A DNA stretch of 27,977 bases from a virus (Duplodnaviria > Caudoviricetes): positions 1 to 27,977 of the IMG/VR virus record IMGVR_UViG_3300020045_005041; one strand, written 5' to 3'. Shown here piece by piece: positions 1-8,410 of the stretch (its first letter is position 1; each line of letters starts with the position of its first letter). The notes under the pieces were generated by a model. The model made no database searches, was not told the DNA's origin, and worked only from the letters and a program-made list of their open reading frames with translations. The position numbers and the translations under genes were made by a program.

Positions 1-67
1 ATTATTATACTTCATAACGAAGGGACTGCAAGGCTCCTAAGGCCTAGTGGATCATATAATACATTCA

Positions 68-721
68 CTATAAGCCGGGTAGGTAACTAACATGCCATAC
101 GTTAAAGGTAAATGTAGGAGTATAGGTTAATGAATCCGTAACCGGAGCGCCGTATTGAACTATCTGTTGCGAAACAACAAAATTATCGAATCGTAACGCA
201 CAAGCTCCCATTGTTGCTGTTGCGCAATGAATTACAAATCTATACGAGGTATCCGCCGCTGTGGTTTGAAATGTGGCAATATGCTTATTAGGTATACCAA
301 TACTCATGCTTTGAATCTGATAGCCAGCCGGTTGTATAACAACTGGAGTACCACTAGGGTCTGCAATCATGTAAACAGTTAAATCGCCAGTTGCGTAAGT
401 TCCGGAAGCAACTTCGTAATCAAATGATATACTAATAACCTTGGCTTGATCAGCGCTATCAAGGGTGATGTCAAAAGCAACGCCTTCGCCTTGTCTATCT
501 CCACCGCTGTTTGTAATAACAAAACTAGCAGGACCCTCTAACGGACTGGTCACACTTCTCTGCCAATCAATTACAGGGATTCCGCCGGTTCCGTTTACGG
601 GAGTTGCCGACGCTCCGTCATCATACGTAGTCCAGCCCGTTGTATCAACTAAAGCTTTGGGATTCCGAATATAGTTTTTATATTGAGCAATGGGTGCTGA
701 ATTATTAGGAAAAAATGACAT
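68..721 (-). CDS. Virion/tail-fibre-like protein with carbohydrate-binding-like beta-sandwich; possibly truncated or interrupted
   Basis: N-terminal 'NYIRNP...GW' and beta-rich T/S/G composition; starts 3 nt after the stop of the 814-aa fibre gene; ends soon after 'TYTPTFT'. Confidence 0.6.
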   Translation of the reverse strand: MSFFPNNSAPIAQYKNYIRNPKALVDTTGWTTYDDGASATPVNGTGGIPVIDWQRSVTSPLEGPASFVITNSGGDRQGEGVAFDITLDSADQAKVISISFDYEVASGTYATGDLTVYMIADPSGTPVVIQPAGYQIQSMSIGIPNKHIATFQTTAADTSYRFVIHCATATMGACALRFDNFVVSQQIVQYGAPVTDSLTYTPTFTFNVWHVSYLPGL

Positions 722-724
722 ATA

Positions 725-3169
725 TTAAAGTATCCACCATGTAGAACCATCACAGAACACCGTGATGGATTGATATTGTACTGATATAATTTGACTAGTT
801 AGCCCGTCAATAGTCTCCGAACCATCGGCGTCAATCTCTACGACATTAACGCTGCTGTCGATTTTTTTAATAGTGAATGAAATCCCTGTATTACCAGAAA
901 CCGCAGGCAGGCCGATGGCAAGAAGACCGCCAGATGCATTACAAAGGATTATTTTGTCTGTTCCAGCAACTGCTGTATATGCAGTTGTTTTAGTGGTAAC
1001 AGCAATATTATCTACATAATTCTTTGTTGCTGCATCTTGAGCCGCAGTAGGATTACTTACTGACGTAAGTTTACGGGTATTAAGAGAAACATCTGTAGTA
1101 GACCAGTCAAGCTTAACTGTCGCGCCGCTTGTAAGCTGTCTATTTGTAATATCAATTACGTTAGTGCTAGAAGCATCTTTAACCGCTGTAGCATAGAAGT
1201 TGGCAAATCTGAAGGAAGCAGAACCTAGATCTTTTGTATTGTCACCGGACGGCCTTGTTGTATTTACAATGACAGTATTAGTGGTATTAAGATTTATAAG
1301 AGTAGTTCCGGAAGTATCGTTAAGCGTTCTTCCAATAACGTTAAATGCGATAAAGTTACCAGAATCCCTAATGCTGCCCACATACAGAGCGCCCCATCGA
1401 ATCGCAGCGCTACCTAAATTATCTGTATTATCTGTATCAGAAATCAAGCTAGTATTAATAGCAACGCTTGAAAGGTTAGAAAGGGCAACGTTAGCCCCGC
1501 CACCTGCCCCAGATCCACCAACAACGCGCCAACGAGTAGTAGTATCGTCGTAGTACAAGAGAAGAGATGCGTTATTTTCAAGAGAAATGTCTGCGCCAGA
1601 TCCAGTTATAATGCGATCTGCGGCAGTTCCGCCAGAGTCGTTAGTAATTACAATAGTATTACCGGTAACGTTAGAGAGCATGAAGAATAAGCCAGAAGAG
1701 GCTACAATGTTGTTAATACTAACTAAAGAGCCGTCAGTAAGGCGTTCAACAAAATCAACAGGGGCCACCATAGAAGCGCCCGTACCTGTTACCGTGTTAT
1801 TATTTTGAGAAGCTTTTAATATGCCGCCGAAGAAAGACTCGCCGCTGTCTACGTGTAAGGCTCGGTTAAGTGTTGCCGTTCCTGAATAAGGACTTAAGAA
1901 CGCTCCGTAATAATTAGTAATAGCGCCTGTACTTGTGCTATTATCATTTTTGAAACCATAGAAATTAGTAGCAGCTTGACTATTAGAAATTACAACTCGG
2001 ACGCCATAAATATCTACAGCGCCGCCGGTGCTACTATTAACAAGTTGACTAAGAACTCCGGACATAGCGGAAGTAGCATTCGTGCTGGTTCTTGAAACAA
2101 GAGCCCGAACGCCAGAGCTTGTTGTAGTGCCACTAGGGTTAGAAGCTCCGCTACTGCCTAATGTTAACGTTAACTGTGCCCCGTGACTGGCAGATTCTGA
2201 GCCAGTAAAGCTGTTTATAATAGCGCAGGATGCCCCTATATTTGGAGAGCCCACAACATCCGTATTGGTTGTAATTAATTTCTGACCAACAAAGGTTGCC
2301 CCAGAAGTGATACCGCCGGACACATCTAAAGATGTAGCGCCCGTAATCCCGCCAGCGTCGCTGATAATAACAATCGAATTCTGAATTATTTTACCGGTAG
2401 TTAAATCAAATCGGCAAATTGCGTTATCTGTAGCAGAACCGGGACCGGTAACATCGCCACCGGGAGCTGCTTCTATATTACCATTAAGCTTTTGAATTGC
2501 TTGCAAAATGTTATCTGTAGCGGCTACAGTTCCCGCTCCTGAAGTATAACCAGTAAGAACCTTACCAATAACAGCAGAGTTTGTAAGAGTTACAGCCGTA
2601 GCTCCGGGACCAGTTCCGGTTGCTTCTCCTGTAAGAGATGTAACTGGGGCACCAAGCGCGGCAATATTTCCAACAACTTTATTAAAGCCTTGTAGAATTG
2701 TATCGGTATCAGCGACGACACCAGCTCCGGCAGAAAATCCAGTGAGAACTTTAGCAATGACCGCAGCATTGGAAAGTGTAATTGCTCCAGCATTATCAAT
2801 AGTAGCCTGGCCGGAAGGAGTTACAGAAACTGCAACGTTAGAGCCATTACCTACTAGAATATTGCCAGAAGTAAGGGACGCAAGCTTGCTAAACGCAATA
2901 GCAGCGGAAGCGCTAATATCACCGTTAACGATGGATGTAGTGAGAACTAAAGATGAATAGCCAATTGCCGAAAATGTATTAGATGCACCGGACATGCTCT
3001 TATTTGTAAGAGTTTGAGTTTGGTCGCCGGTAACAACAGCCCTAACCGCACCTTGAAGGTAAATACGAAGGCCGTTGCTGAAAATCTCAACATCACCCTC
3101 AGCGTCGATACTAGACGAAGCCGCTGGCTCAATATTAATACCTTTTATGTATGAATAAACATTCTTCAT
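725..3169 (-). CDS. Long tail/head fibre-like structural protein (814 aa)
   Basis: G/S/T/A-rich. Fibre motifs 'QTLTNK', 'AQDAATKNYVD', 'GDVTGPGSATDNAICRFD'. Internal repeats (TLxNxAVIxKVLTG x2; DNTxxLGSAxxR[WF] x2). C-terminal 'LP..G..IKKID..ETIDG..QY.S...DG..W' domain. Confidence 0.75.
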   Translation of the reverse strand: MKNVYSYIKGINIEPAASSSIDAEGDVEIFSNGLRIYLQGAVRAVVTGDQTQTLTNKSMSGASNTFSAIGYSSLVLTTSIVNGDISASAAIAFSKLASLTSGNILVGNGSNVAVSVTPSGQATIDNAGAITLSNAAVIAKVLTGFSAGAGVVADTDTILQGFNKVVGNIAALGAPVTSLTGEATGTGPGATAVTLTNSAVIGKVLTGYTSGAGTVAATDNILQAIQKLNGNIEAAPGGDVTGPGSATDNAICRFDLTTGKIIQNSIVIISDAGGITGATSLDVSGGITSGATFVGQKLITTNTDVVGSPNIGASCAIINSFTGSESASHGAQLTLTLGSSGASNPSGTTTSSGVRALVSRTSTNATSAMSGVLSQLVNSSTGGAVDIYGVRVVISNSQAATNFYGFKNDNSTSTGAITNYYGAFLSPYSGTATLNRALHVDSGESFFGGILKASQNNNTVTGTGASMVAPVDFVERLTDGSLVSINNIVASSGLFFMLSNVTGNTIVITNDSGGTAADRIITGSGADISLENNASLLLYYDDTTTRWRVVGGSGAGGGANVALSNLSSVAINTSLISDTDNTDNLGSAAIRWGALYVGSIRDSGNFIAFNVIGRTLNDTSGTTLINLNTTNTVIVNTTRPSGDNTKDLGSASFRFANFYATAVKDASSTNVIDITNRQLTSGATVKLDWSTTDVSLNTRKLTSVSNPTAAQDAATKNYVDNIAVTTKTTAYTAVAGTDKIILCNASGGLLAIGLPAVSGNTGISFTIKKIDSSVNVVEIDADGSETIDGLTSQIISVQYQSITVFCDGSTWWIL

Positions 3170-3182
3170 GTATTAATTTTCC

Positions 3183-3677
3183 TTAAACCTGAGTTAGAGC
3201 TTTGCCCGAAAAACTTAGGACGCCCAAATGGGTCCCTGCTCCGGTAGTTGTTGTTGTAAAACGAAACTGTCCGGCGTCTGTTATATTAAATGTAATATTC
3301 GCACTAGCTCCGGTTCGAACTTGTGCAATTTCCCACTTATTATTTGTTGCGTTGGCTGGATTATAAACGATGTCGATGGTGCGAGTTTCCGAAAGAGTAA
3401 CAGGACCGGTCGTATTTGTTCTGTACGTAGAGATAATGAGTGTTGCGGATCTAACTACCGTATTATCAAACACTAAATTAGGAATTACAACATTGGTTCC
3501 TACGTCGTAGGCGTCAATATTATATGTTTGAGCAGTAACGTCATATGTGCCTACCGCAGACGTAACCGCAGTTTCTACGAGTTGTGCGAACTGAATTATT
3601 GCCGTGGACCATAGCGGACTTTCGCCAGATGACGGAAAATTAACTATAGTGCCCTGAATCTCAATCTGAATACTCAT
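3183..3677 (-). CDS. Probable virion structural protein (164 aa)
   Basis: Beta-rich T/N/V composition; start abuts the GIY-YIG stop (TAAATG); upstream of fibre genes. Confidence 0.55.
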   Translation of the reverse strand: MSIQIEIQGTIVNFPSSGESPLWSTAIIQFAQLVETAVTSAVGTYDVTAQTYNIDAYDVGTNVVIPNLVFDNTVVRSATLIISTYRTNTTGPVTLSETRTIDIVYNPANATNNKWEIAQVRTGASANITFNITDAGQFRFTTTTTGAGTHLGVLSFSGKALTQV

Positions 3678-4460
3678 TTAAACTGTCTCCCAGAAATACC
3701 CGTAGTATTCTTTTTCATTTTTAATTGCCCACGAAATTCCAGTCTTACTGCATTTTTCTCCAATAAAACGAGCTGCATCTCTTTTTGAATAAAATCCAAT
3801 AAACTCTTGTTTATCTAAAGTTATAAGAACAATTTTCTTGCCCATAGACTTAACGAATTGAGGCCTAGCCCCGGGGACTCTACGCGACTTCCTGCTTTCA
3901 TTAAAACAAGTTTTACAAACGCGTTCTTTAACACTAAATGCTTCAATTTTATCCCAATGCTTAGTTTTAGAACAAAAACGCATTCCATCTTTATCAACCG
4001 GGAGTTTATTTGCTTCATTAAATTTTATAAGCCAATCACAGCCCCGAGCCTTAGCGCTTTCGCTCATTTTTTTACGCGAGGTTTCTGAATATTTATGGCC
4101 GGTCATTCCGGGGCCGCCATCAGTTAAATTCAATAGCTTACATCCAAGTTCTTTATAAAAAGACATAAAAAACTGTTCTGATTCATAAAGACAATCATTA
4201 GTAACATCTTTTGGATATTGAGCAATTAAAACGAAGACGGGCTTCTTATTTTGAGTCAAAAGCTTCTTAATCCAATTGTTCTTGGGGGTAGTTCCTTCTT
4301 TCAAAGAATGAGGTTTTAAATGTTCAAAACAACGAACAGAACCCTTAATACTTTTACCTACATAGCGCAATTCCAGAGTATCCGGATCACACAGTCCATA
4401 GACAATGGGACACCGATATTGGCCCCTAGAATTGACTATAGATTCGGGGTTAAAAAGCAT
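3678..4460 (-). CDS. GIY-YIG homing endonuclease with NUMOD3-like and C-terminal HTH-like (NUMOD1/IENR1) modules
   Basis: 'IVYGL...RYVGKS...R...H', 'ESE', 'LLNLTDGG', 'GHKYSETSRKKMSESAK', 'FYSKRDAARF'; SD AAGGAG. Confidence 0.85.
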   Translation of the reverse strand: MLFNPESIVNSRGQYRCPIVYGLCDPDTLELRYVGKSIKGSVRCFEHLKPHSLKEGTTPKNNWIKKLLTQNKKPVFVLIAQYPKDVTNDCLYESEQFFMSFYKELGCKLLNLTDGGPGMTGHKYSETSRKKMSESAKARGCDWLIKFNEANKLPVDKDGMRFCSKTKHWDKIEAFSVKERVCKTCFNESRKSRRVPGARPQFVKSMGKKIVLITLDKQEFIGFYSKRDAARFIGEKCSKTGISWAIKNEKEYYGYFWETV

Positions 4461-4492
4461 GGAACTCCTTTAAGCTGAAACTATCCTATATA

Positions 4493-4501
4493 AGTTGGTA
4501 A
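4493..4501 (-). promoter_or_regulatory. TTACCAACT motif, putative late promoter for GIY-YIG and fibre genes
   Basis: Exact copy of the recurrent intergenic 9-mer, oriented toward the gene starting at 4460. Confidence 0.7.
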
Positions 4502-4517
4502 AAATAGGCATAAAAGC

Positions 4518-4546
4518 TTGACAAAAATCTTTAAATAATGTATATA
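4518..4546 (+). promoter_or_regulatory. Sigma70-type promoter, probably leaderless
   Basis: TTGACA(4518)-N17-TATATA(4541), then 6 nt to ATG at 4553 with no SD. Confidence 0.75.
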
Positions 4547-4552
4547 GAAACT

Positions 4553-4693
4553 ATGGACATATTAATAGGCATTGTATTCTTAGCGTTCTCTGTTATTGCA
4601 CAAGAAGCTGTTTTGACGCTTATCTTAAGCATTACGGGAGGTTATCTGCTAGGAATAGGGCTTCATGCTCTGTTTTATAAGAAGGATTTGTAA
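4553..4693 (+). CDS. 46-aa membrane microprotein with two hydrophobic segments (not in ORF track)
   Basis: Manual translation MDILIGIVFLAFSVIAQEAVLTLILSITGGYLLGIGLHALFYKKDL; directly follows a consensus promoter. Confidence 0.7.
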   Translation: MDILIGIVFLAFSVIAQEAVLTLILSITGGYLLGIGLHALFYKKDL

Positions 4694-4695
4694 TT

Positions 4696-4704
4696 TTACC
4701 AACT
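4696..4704 (+). promoter_or_regulatory. TTACCAACT motif, putative late promoter for the HNH gene
   Basis: Exact motif (ATTTTACCAACTGTATAT) ending 80 nt upstream of ATG 4784. Confidence 0.65.
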
Positions 4705-4743
4705 GTATATGTATGGATTCAGTGAGAATTCCGAAATCATATA

Positions 4744-4788
4744 GACATAGCGAATGTCTCCAATTTTAATCAAGGAGATTCGTATGTC
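4744..4788 (+). promoter_or_regulatory. Hairpin sequestering the RBS and start codon of the HNH gene
   Basis: GACATA(G)CGAA(TG)TCTCC pairs with GGAGATTCGTATGTC, covering the GGAG SD and ATG 4784. Confidence 0.65.
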
Positions 4789-5335
4789 AAAAAACACAAA
4801 AGATCTAACAAATTGTAAAAAAGGACGTTTAACTGCCCTATACCCGCTAATAGACTATAAGCCTGGTAATGGAGTTCCTTGGTATTGCAAATGCGACTGC
4901 GGGGCATATACGACGGTTTACGCTAGGTCCTTTGGTAAAGCGGTGAATAGTTGCGGCTGCCTTCAAAAAGAATACCAGAGCCGATGCGCGCCCGGAGAGG
5001 CCATTTGGGGATCTGAGTATAATGATTATAGACGTAATGCGAAACTCCGCAATCTAACATTTGAACTATCGAAAGAGCAATTTATTGAAATCGCGGGCAA
5101 AAACTGCGAATACTGCGGCGCACCGCCTAAAAATAAGGACCATTTTAAGTTTAAAGGCGCTATACAAATTAGCGGAATTGATCGAAAAGATAATAAAATA
5201 GGTTACACGCAAGAAAACAGTGTACCCTGCTGTAGTATTTGCAATTACGGCAAAAAAGATTTAGAGTATAGCGACTGGATTAAGCATCTTGACAATTTAG
5301 CTCAACATAGGGTAAGCTTAAAAAATGATGGATAA
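4784..5335 (+). CDS. HNH homing endonuclease
   Basis: 'WYCKCDCG...SCGC' N-terminus; 'CEYCG...GIDRKDNKIGYTQENSVPCCSICNYGK' nuclease motif; start moved to MSKNT on SD AAGGAG. Confidence 0.85.
   Translation: MSKNTKDLTNCKKGRLTALYPLIDYKPGNGVPWYCKCDCGAYTTVYARSFGKAVNSCGCLQKEYQSRCAPGEAIWGSEYNDYRRNAKLRNLTFELSKEQFIEIAGKNCEYCGAPPKNKDHFKFKGAIQISGIDRKDNKIGYTQENSVPCCSICNYGKKDLEYSDWIKHLDNLAQHRVSLKNDG
5289..5318 (+). promoter_or_regulatory. Sigma70-type promoter embedded in the HNH 3' end
   Basis: TTGACA(5289)-N18-TAAGCT(5313), then 6 nt to ATG 5325 of a 17-codon ORF (5325-5378). Confidence 0.5.
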
Positions 5336-5388
5336 AGAGTATACGTTGGATGAAGTTAGGGCGCGTAGCAATGGGTAACTGGTGAATT

Positions 5389-5610
5389 ATGAAAGAAATC
5401 TCAGATAACGAGTACATAGCCCGCGAGCTAGCTGAAGTCTTCAAGGAAGAGCCGTATAAGGCTGTATTATGGCTTCTTGTGCCAAATCCTATGTTTGGTA
5501 ATATTACACCGGCTGAACTTGTTGCATTGCGCGGACCTGTGGGGCTGGCTAAAATTAAGAAGTTTATTGAAGTTACGAAGGAAGAAAACACGCCGCCGGA
5601 GAAAAAATGA
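5389..5610 (+). CDS. Stand-alone Xre/MbcA/ParS-type antitoxin C-terminal (DUF2384-like) domain
   Basis: 'EVF...KAVLWLLVPNPMFGNITPAELV...G..KI' fits the family pattern VF..A..WL..PN..LGG..P..L. Confidence 0.7.
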   Translation: MKEISDNEYIARELAEVFKEEPYKAVLWLLVPNPMFGNITPAELVALRGPVGLAKIKKFIEVTKEENTPPEKK

Positions 5611-5771
5611 AAAAAGACTATTCCAATTTCCGTGATCCAGAATTTGCGGAATGTTACGATAATTGGCTAGAATATCAAATTGAACGATGTACAGCCATTG
5701 ATAAGCTACTGAAGGAGCTAGACGAAGTTCCAGAACAGTTGGATTTGTTTATCGGGGAGATTAAGTTGTGA
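5607..5771 (+). CDS. 54-aa acidic protein with QLDLF clamp-binding motif (not in ORF track)
   Basis: Manual translation MKKDYSNFRDPEFAECYDNWLEYQIERCTAIDKLLKELDEVPEQLDLFIGEIKL; ATGA and GTGA overlaps with neighbours; SD GGAG. Confidence 0.75.
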   Translation: MKKDYSNFRDPEFAECYDNWLEYQIERCTAIDKLLKELDEVPEQLDLFIGEIKL

Positions 5772-6340
5772 TTACAGAAGAAATGAAAAGATTCTTTGTT
5801 CTAAGAACTAGATCCCATTTATTCCTTGTACGAAAATGGTCAGATAAAATCACAGATTTAAACCACGCTCAGATAGATAATACCCTTCTTAACAAAGAGC
5901 GAGATGACCACGACGAATTCAAATGGCTAGAACCTGAATATACCCCTTATGTATTAATTACATGGGATTATGAGCAAAAACGTCTAAAAAAAGAATTTAG
6001 CCTTCCTGCTGAAATTAAAGAAAAAATGAATGATGCAACTTTGCACCATATTAAAAGGCATAAGCACCATCCTGAATTCTGGGATGAAAATGTGGGAAAT
6101 GACTCTTTAAATCGAGAAAATAGGGATATGCCACCTAAAAGAATGGTAGACGGCACAAAAATGCCGTTAACTTATGTTGCCGCTATGGTGGCAGATTGGC
6201 TTGCTATGTCGGAAGAATTAGGCACTTGTCCGTATCAATGGGTAGAGAAAAATGTCAATGTTCGATGGAGTTTTACTCAGGAACAAGTACATTTTATTAA
6301 TAGATTAATAGAAGCAGTTTGGCCTCTACCTAAAGCTTAG
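5768..6340 (+). CDS. HD-superfamily (DUF5662-like) protein
   Basis: 'RT.SH...HDEFK...HH...HKHHPEFW...MP......MVADWLAMS' motif series. Confidence 0.7.
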   Translation: MITEEMKRFFVLRTRSHLFLVRKWSDKITDLNHAQIDNTLLNKERDDHDEFKWLEPEYTPYVLITWDYEQKRLKKEFSLPAEIKEKMNDATLHHIKRHKHHPEFWDENVGNDSLNRENRDMPPKRMVDGTKMPLTYVAAMVADWLAMSEELGTCPYQWVEKNVNVRWSFTQEQVHFINRLIEAVWPLPKA

Positions 6341-7022
6341 CTCCTTTAGATCTATTATCAATCGGCCACATAGGCTTGAGATTTGTATAATGGCATAGTT
6401 TGTACATCTCTTCTTCTGTTTTAGCAGAAACGAGAGGCACAATGTGGTCGATGTCGAAATTACGAAGTTCCCAGGACATACCCGATAGGAATTGCGTCTC
6501 TATATGCGTTTTAAGCTCCTCTAGAGAGCATCCAATATAGTCAAAGAACTTTGTATCCTTCTTCCAGAATTTCTTCTTCATAGCGTAATACAGGCGATTA
6601 CGAAGTCTTCTGGATAGGACGTAAAGAGGATCTTCTTTCATTTTACGAGTTTGGTATGCGCGTCGAGTAGCATTGATTTTTTCTTTATTGTTCTTGTTAT
6701 AGCCCTTAACACGCTCTGCTATTTTTTCTTTATATTTTTCGTAGTGATTTTTAGATTTTTCAACCCTACATTCCTTGCAAACAATGCTCAATCCACTAAA
6801 ATGCATTTTATTTTTATGAAAAGCACTTACGGGTTTTTCTATTTGACACGTATGGCATATGAATTTATCTACAATAACTTTAAAATCTAATTGCTTCCGT
6901 CTTTCATTTCGTTCTTTATTGTAGCAAATAGAACAGGATAGTTTATATCCGCCTTTTCGTGAGCTATCGTGCGCGAAATTTTCTAGTGTTTTTGATTCGT
7001 TACACTTATTACAAGTTTTCAT
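6330..7022 (-). CDS. HNH endonuclease with N-terminal Zn-finger repeats
   Basis: Two 'CxxC...F...CxxC' repeats; 'IGCS.EEL..H.E.QF..GMSW...IDHIVPL...CHYTNLKPMW..DN..K'. Confidence 0.85.
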   Translation of the reverse strand: MKTCNKCNESKTLENFAHDSSRKGGYKLSCSICYNKERNERRKQLDFKVIVDKFICHTCQIEKPVSAFHKNKMHFSGLSIVCKECRVEKSKNHYEKYKEKIAERVKGYNKNNKEKINATRRAYQTRKMKEDPLYVLSRRLRNRLYYAMKKKFWKKDTKFFDYIGCSLEELKTHIETQFLSGMSWELRNFDIDHIVPLVSAKTEEEMYKLCHYTNLKPMWPIDNRSKGAKL

Positions 7023-7028
7023 ATTTTT

Positions 7029-7057
7029 ATATTACACTAATTAGCTTATGTTGTCAA
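7029..7057 (-). promoter_or_regulatory. Sigma70-type promoter, probably leaderless
   Basis: Minus strand TTGACA-N17-TAATAT, then 6 nt (AAAAAT) to ATG 7022. Confidence 0.75.
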
Positions 7058-7079
7058 CAGTGTTCTGCTTTTTAATGGC

Positions 7080-7120
7080 AAAGAAAAAGGGGCTATCCTT
7101 TCGGAAGCCCCCTTCTTTTT
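7080..7120 (-). terminator. Rho-independent terminator after the capsid gene, probably bidirectional
   Basis: GGGGCTTCC-GAAA-GGATAGCCCC stem followed by TTTTTCTTT; the other strand also has a U-tract. Confidence 0.9.
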
Positions 7121-7136
7121 AACTAGACTAATCTAA

Positions 7137-8387
7137 TTATGACGCAGAGTTAACAATTGCAGTTACCAACACTTGTCTGCCTGGTGCTACGCAAAATAAC
7201 GCTTGGTCCGTATAGAGGCGAAGCTCGTATGCAGCACTGTTCTCAAGATCGCGGAAGAATTCGGTTTCTTGACCGGGACGCTTGAAGCTCATATCTTGTG
7301 AACCGACTCGGAACCAATCTTCTAGGCTCAAGAGGTAGGCATAGCCTTCCTTGACGTAGATGCTGGGTTCGATTTCGATGTCGCCGTTCTGCGAGTGGAA
7401 GAGAATGCTCTTAGAGCCGTTCTCAGCCTTAGCAGCGCTGTATGAAGAATCATACTTGCGAAGAGCAGCTTGATCGTTCATCATGTTCGCCCATGCGCGA
7501 GGATTAACAAGCGCAAGTAGACGACCATCAAGGCCTTTTTCTACAGCACGGCTAGCAGCAAGAGTTAACTTGTTGAAGCTAAGAGCAGCAGAAGAAGCAG
7601 AGAAGCTGTTACCACGCCAGAGGTTATACGCTCCAACGTCGATATTGAAAAGAGTTCCGCTTGAAGCAGAAAGAATCTTGTGAATACCAGGGAATTCGTT
7701 ACCATATGCGCCCTTATGCCAGACAACATCGCCAGAGACGAGGGTACCGGGTGAGACGGTAAGGGTAACTACGCGAGTATCAAGGTTAACAGAGCTAACG
7801 ATGAATTCACCTTTGCTTGTAGCGCCAGTGGTGTCGCGGATTTCGATAGGCATACCTTCAGCGCCAGCCCAGATACCAGGAGCCCATTCGGCAGTGGTAA
7901 TGGTGACTGCAACGCCAGCATTTGAAGCAACAGTAGCATAGCCCATTTGGCCGTAGAGCATCTCGATTTCGAGTTTCTTCGCCATAGAACGTAGCATGTT
8001 AGCAACAAGGAACTTGGTTGCATCCATGAAAGACTGTGCTCCGCCTTGTGCAGCGCGTGAAGCAGCTACATAACCAAGAAGTGAACGCATGATAAGGGGA
8101 TTGCCCTTGATTTGCGCGTCCTTGATTTGACCAGCAACGGGTGGGTTTAGATTGAAAGCGTCTTCGTCGCTAGAAGCGAAGGTAACACCGTGTTCCATAC
8201 CCAAGATAACAGGCTGGTGGTATAGGTTCCCAGGCTGTTTGCCTTTTGTCATGAACTTGATTTTGTTAAGAAGCTTGACGCCATCCGGAATGAGTTCCTG
8301 GAGTTTGTCAGCATATGTTTCTTTGAAAAGACCGTTAAGGGTTCCGACCGTTCCGGCTGGATTACCAAATGTATTAGCTGTAGCCAT
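7137..8387 (-). CDS. Major capsid protein (416 aa)
   Basis: Size and position after scaffold; SD AGGAG; strong terminator; N-terminal 'LFKETY' resembling other phage coat proteins. Confidence 0.85.
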   Translation of the reverse strand: MATANTFGNPAGTVGTLNGLFKETYADKLQELIPDGVKLLNKIKFMTKGKQPGNLYHQPVILGMEHGVTFASSDEDAFNLNPPVAGQIKDAQIKGNPLIMRSLLGYVAASRAAQGGAQSFMDATKFLVANMLRSMAKKLEIEMLYGQMGYATVASNAGVAVTITTAEWAPGIWAGAEGMPIEIRDTTGATSKGEFIVSSVNLDTRVVTLTVSPGTLVSGDVVWHKGAYGNEFPGIHKILSASSGTLFNIDVGAYNLWRGNSFSASSAALSFNKLTLAASRAVEKGLDGRLLALVNPRAWANMMNDQAALRKYDSSYSAAKAENGSKSILFHSQNGDIEIEPSIYVKEGYAYLLSLEDWFRVGSQDMSFKRPGQETEFFRDLENSAAYELRLYTDQALFCVAPGRQVLVTAIVNSAS

Positions 8388-8410
8388 TTTAAATTATCTC
8401 CTATTTTCTA

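Noticed and set aside
1-110. Group I or group II intron as the specific identity of the left-edge interruption
   Set aside because: I found no P1/IGS pairing with a U-G splice pair and no GUGYG start; too little sequence is visible.
5325-5378. 17-aa ORF MMDKEYTLDEVRARSNG as a confident gene
   Set aside because: Too short to support beyond its position after a promoter-like sequence; it may be a remnant.
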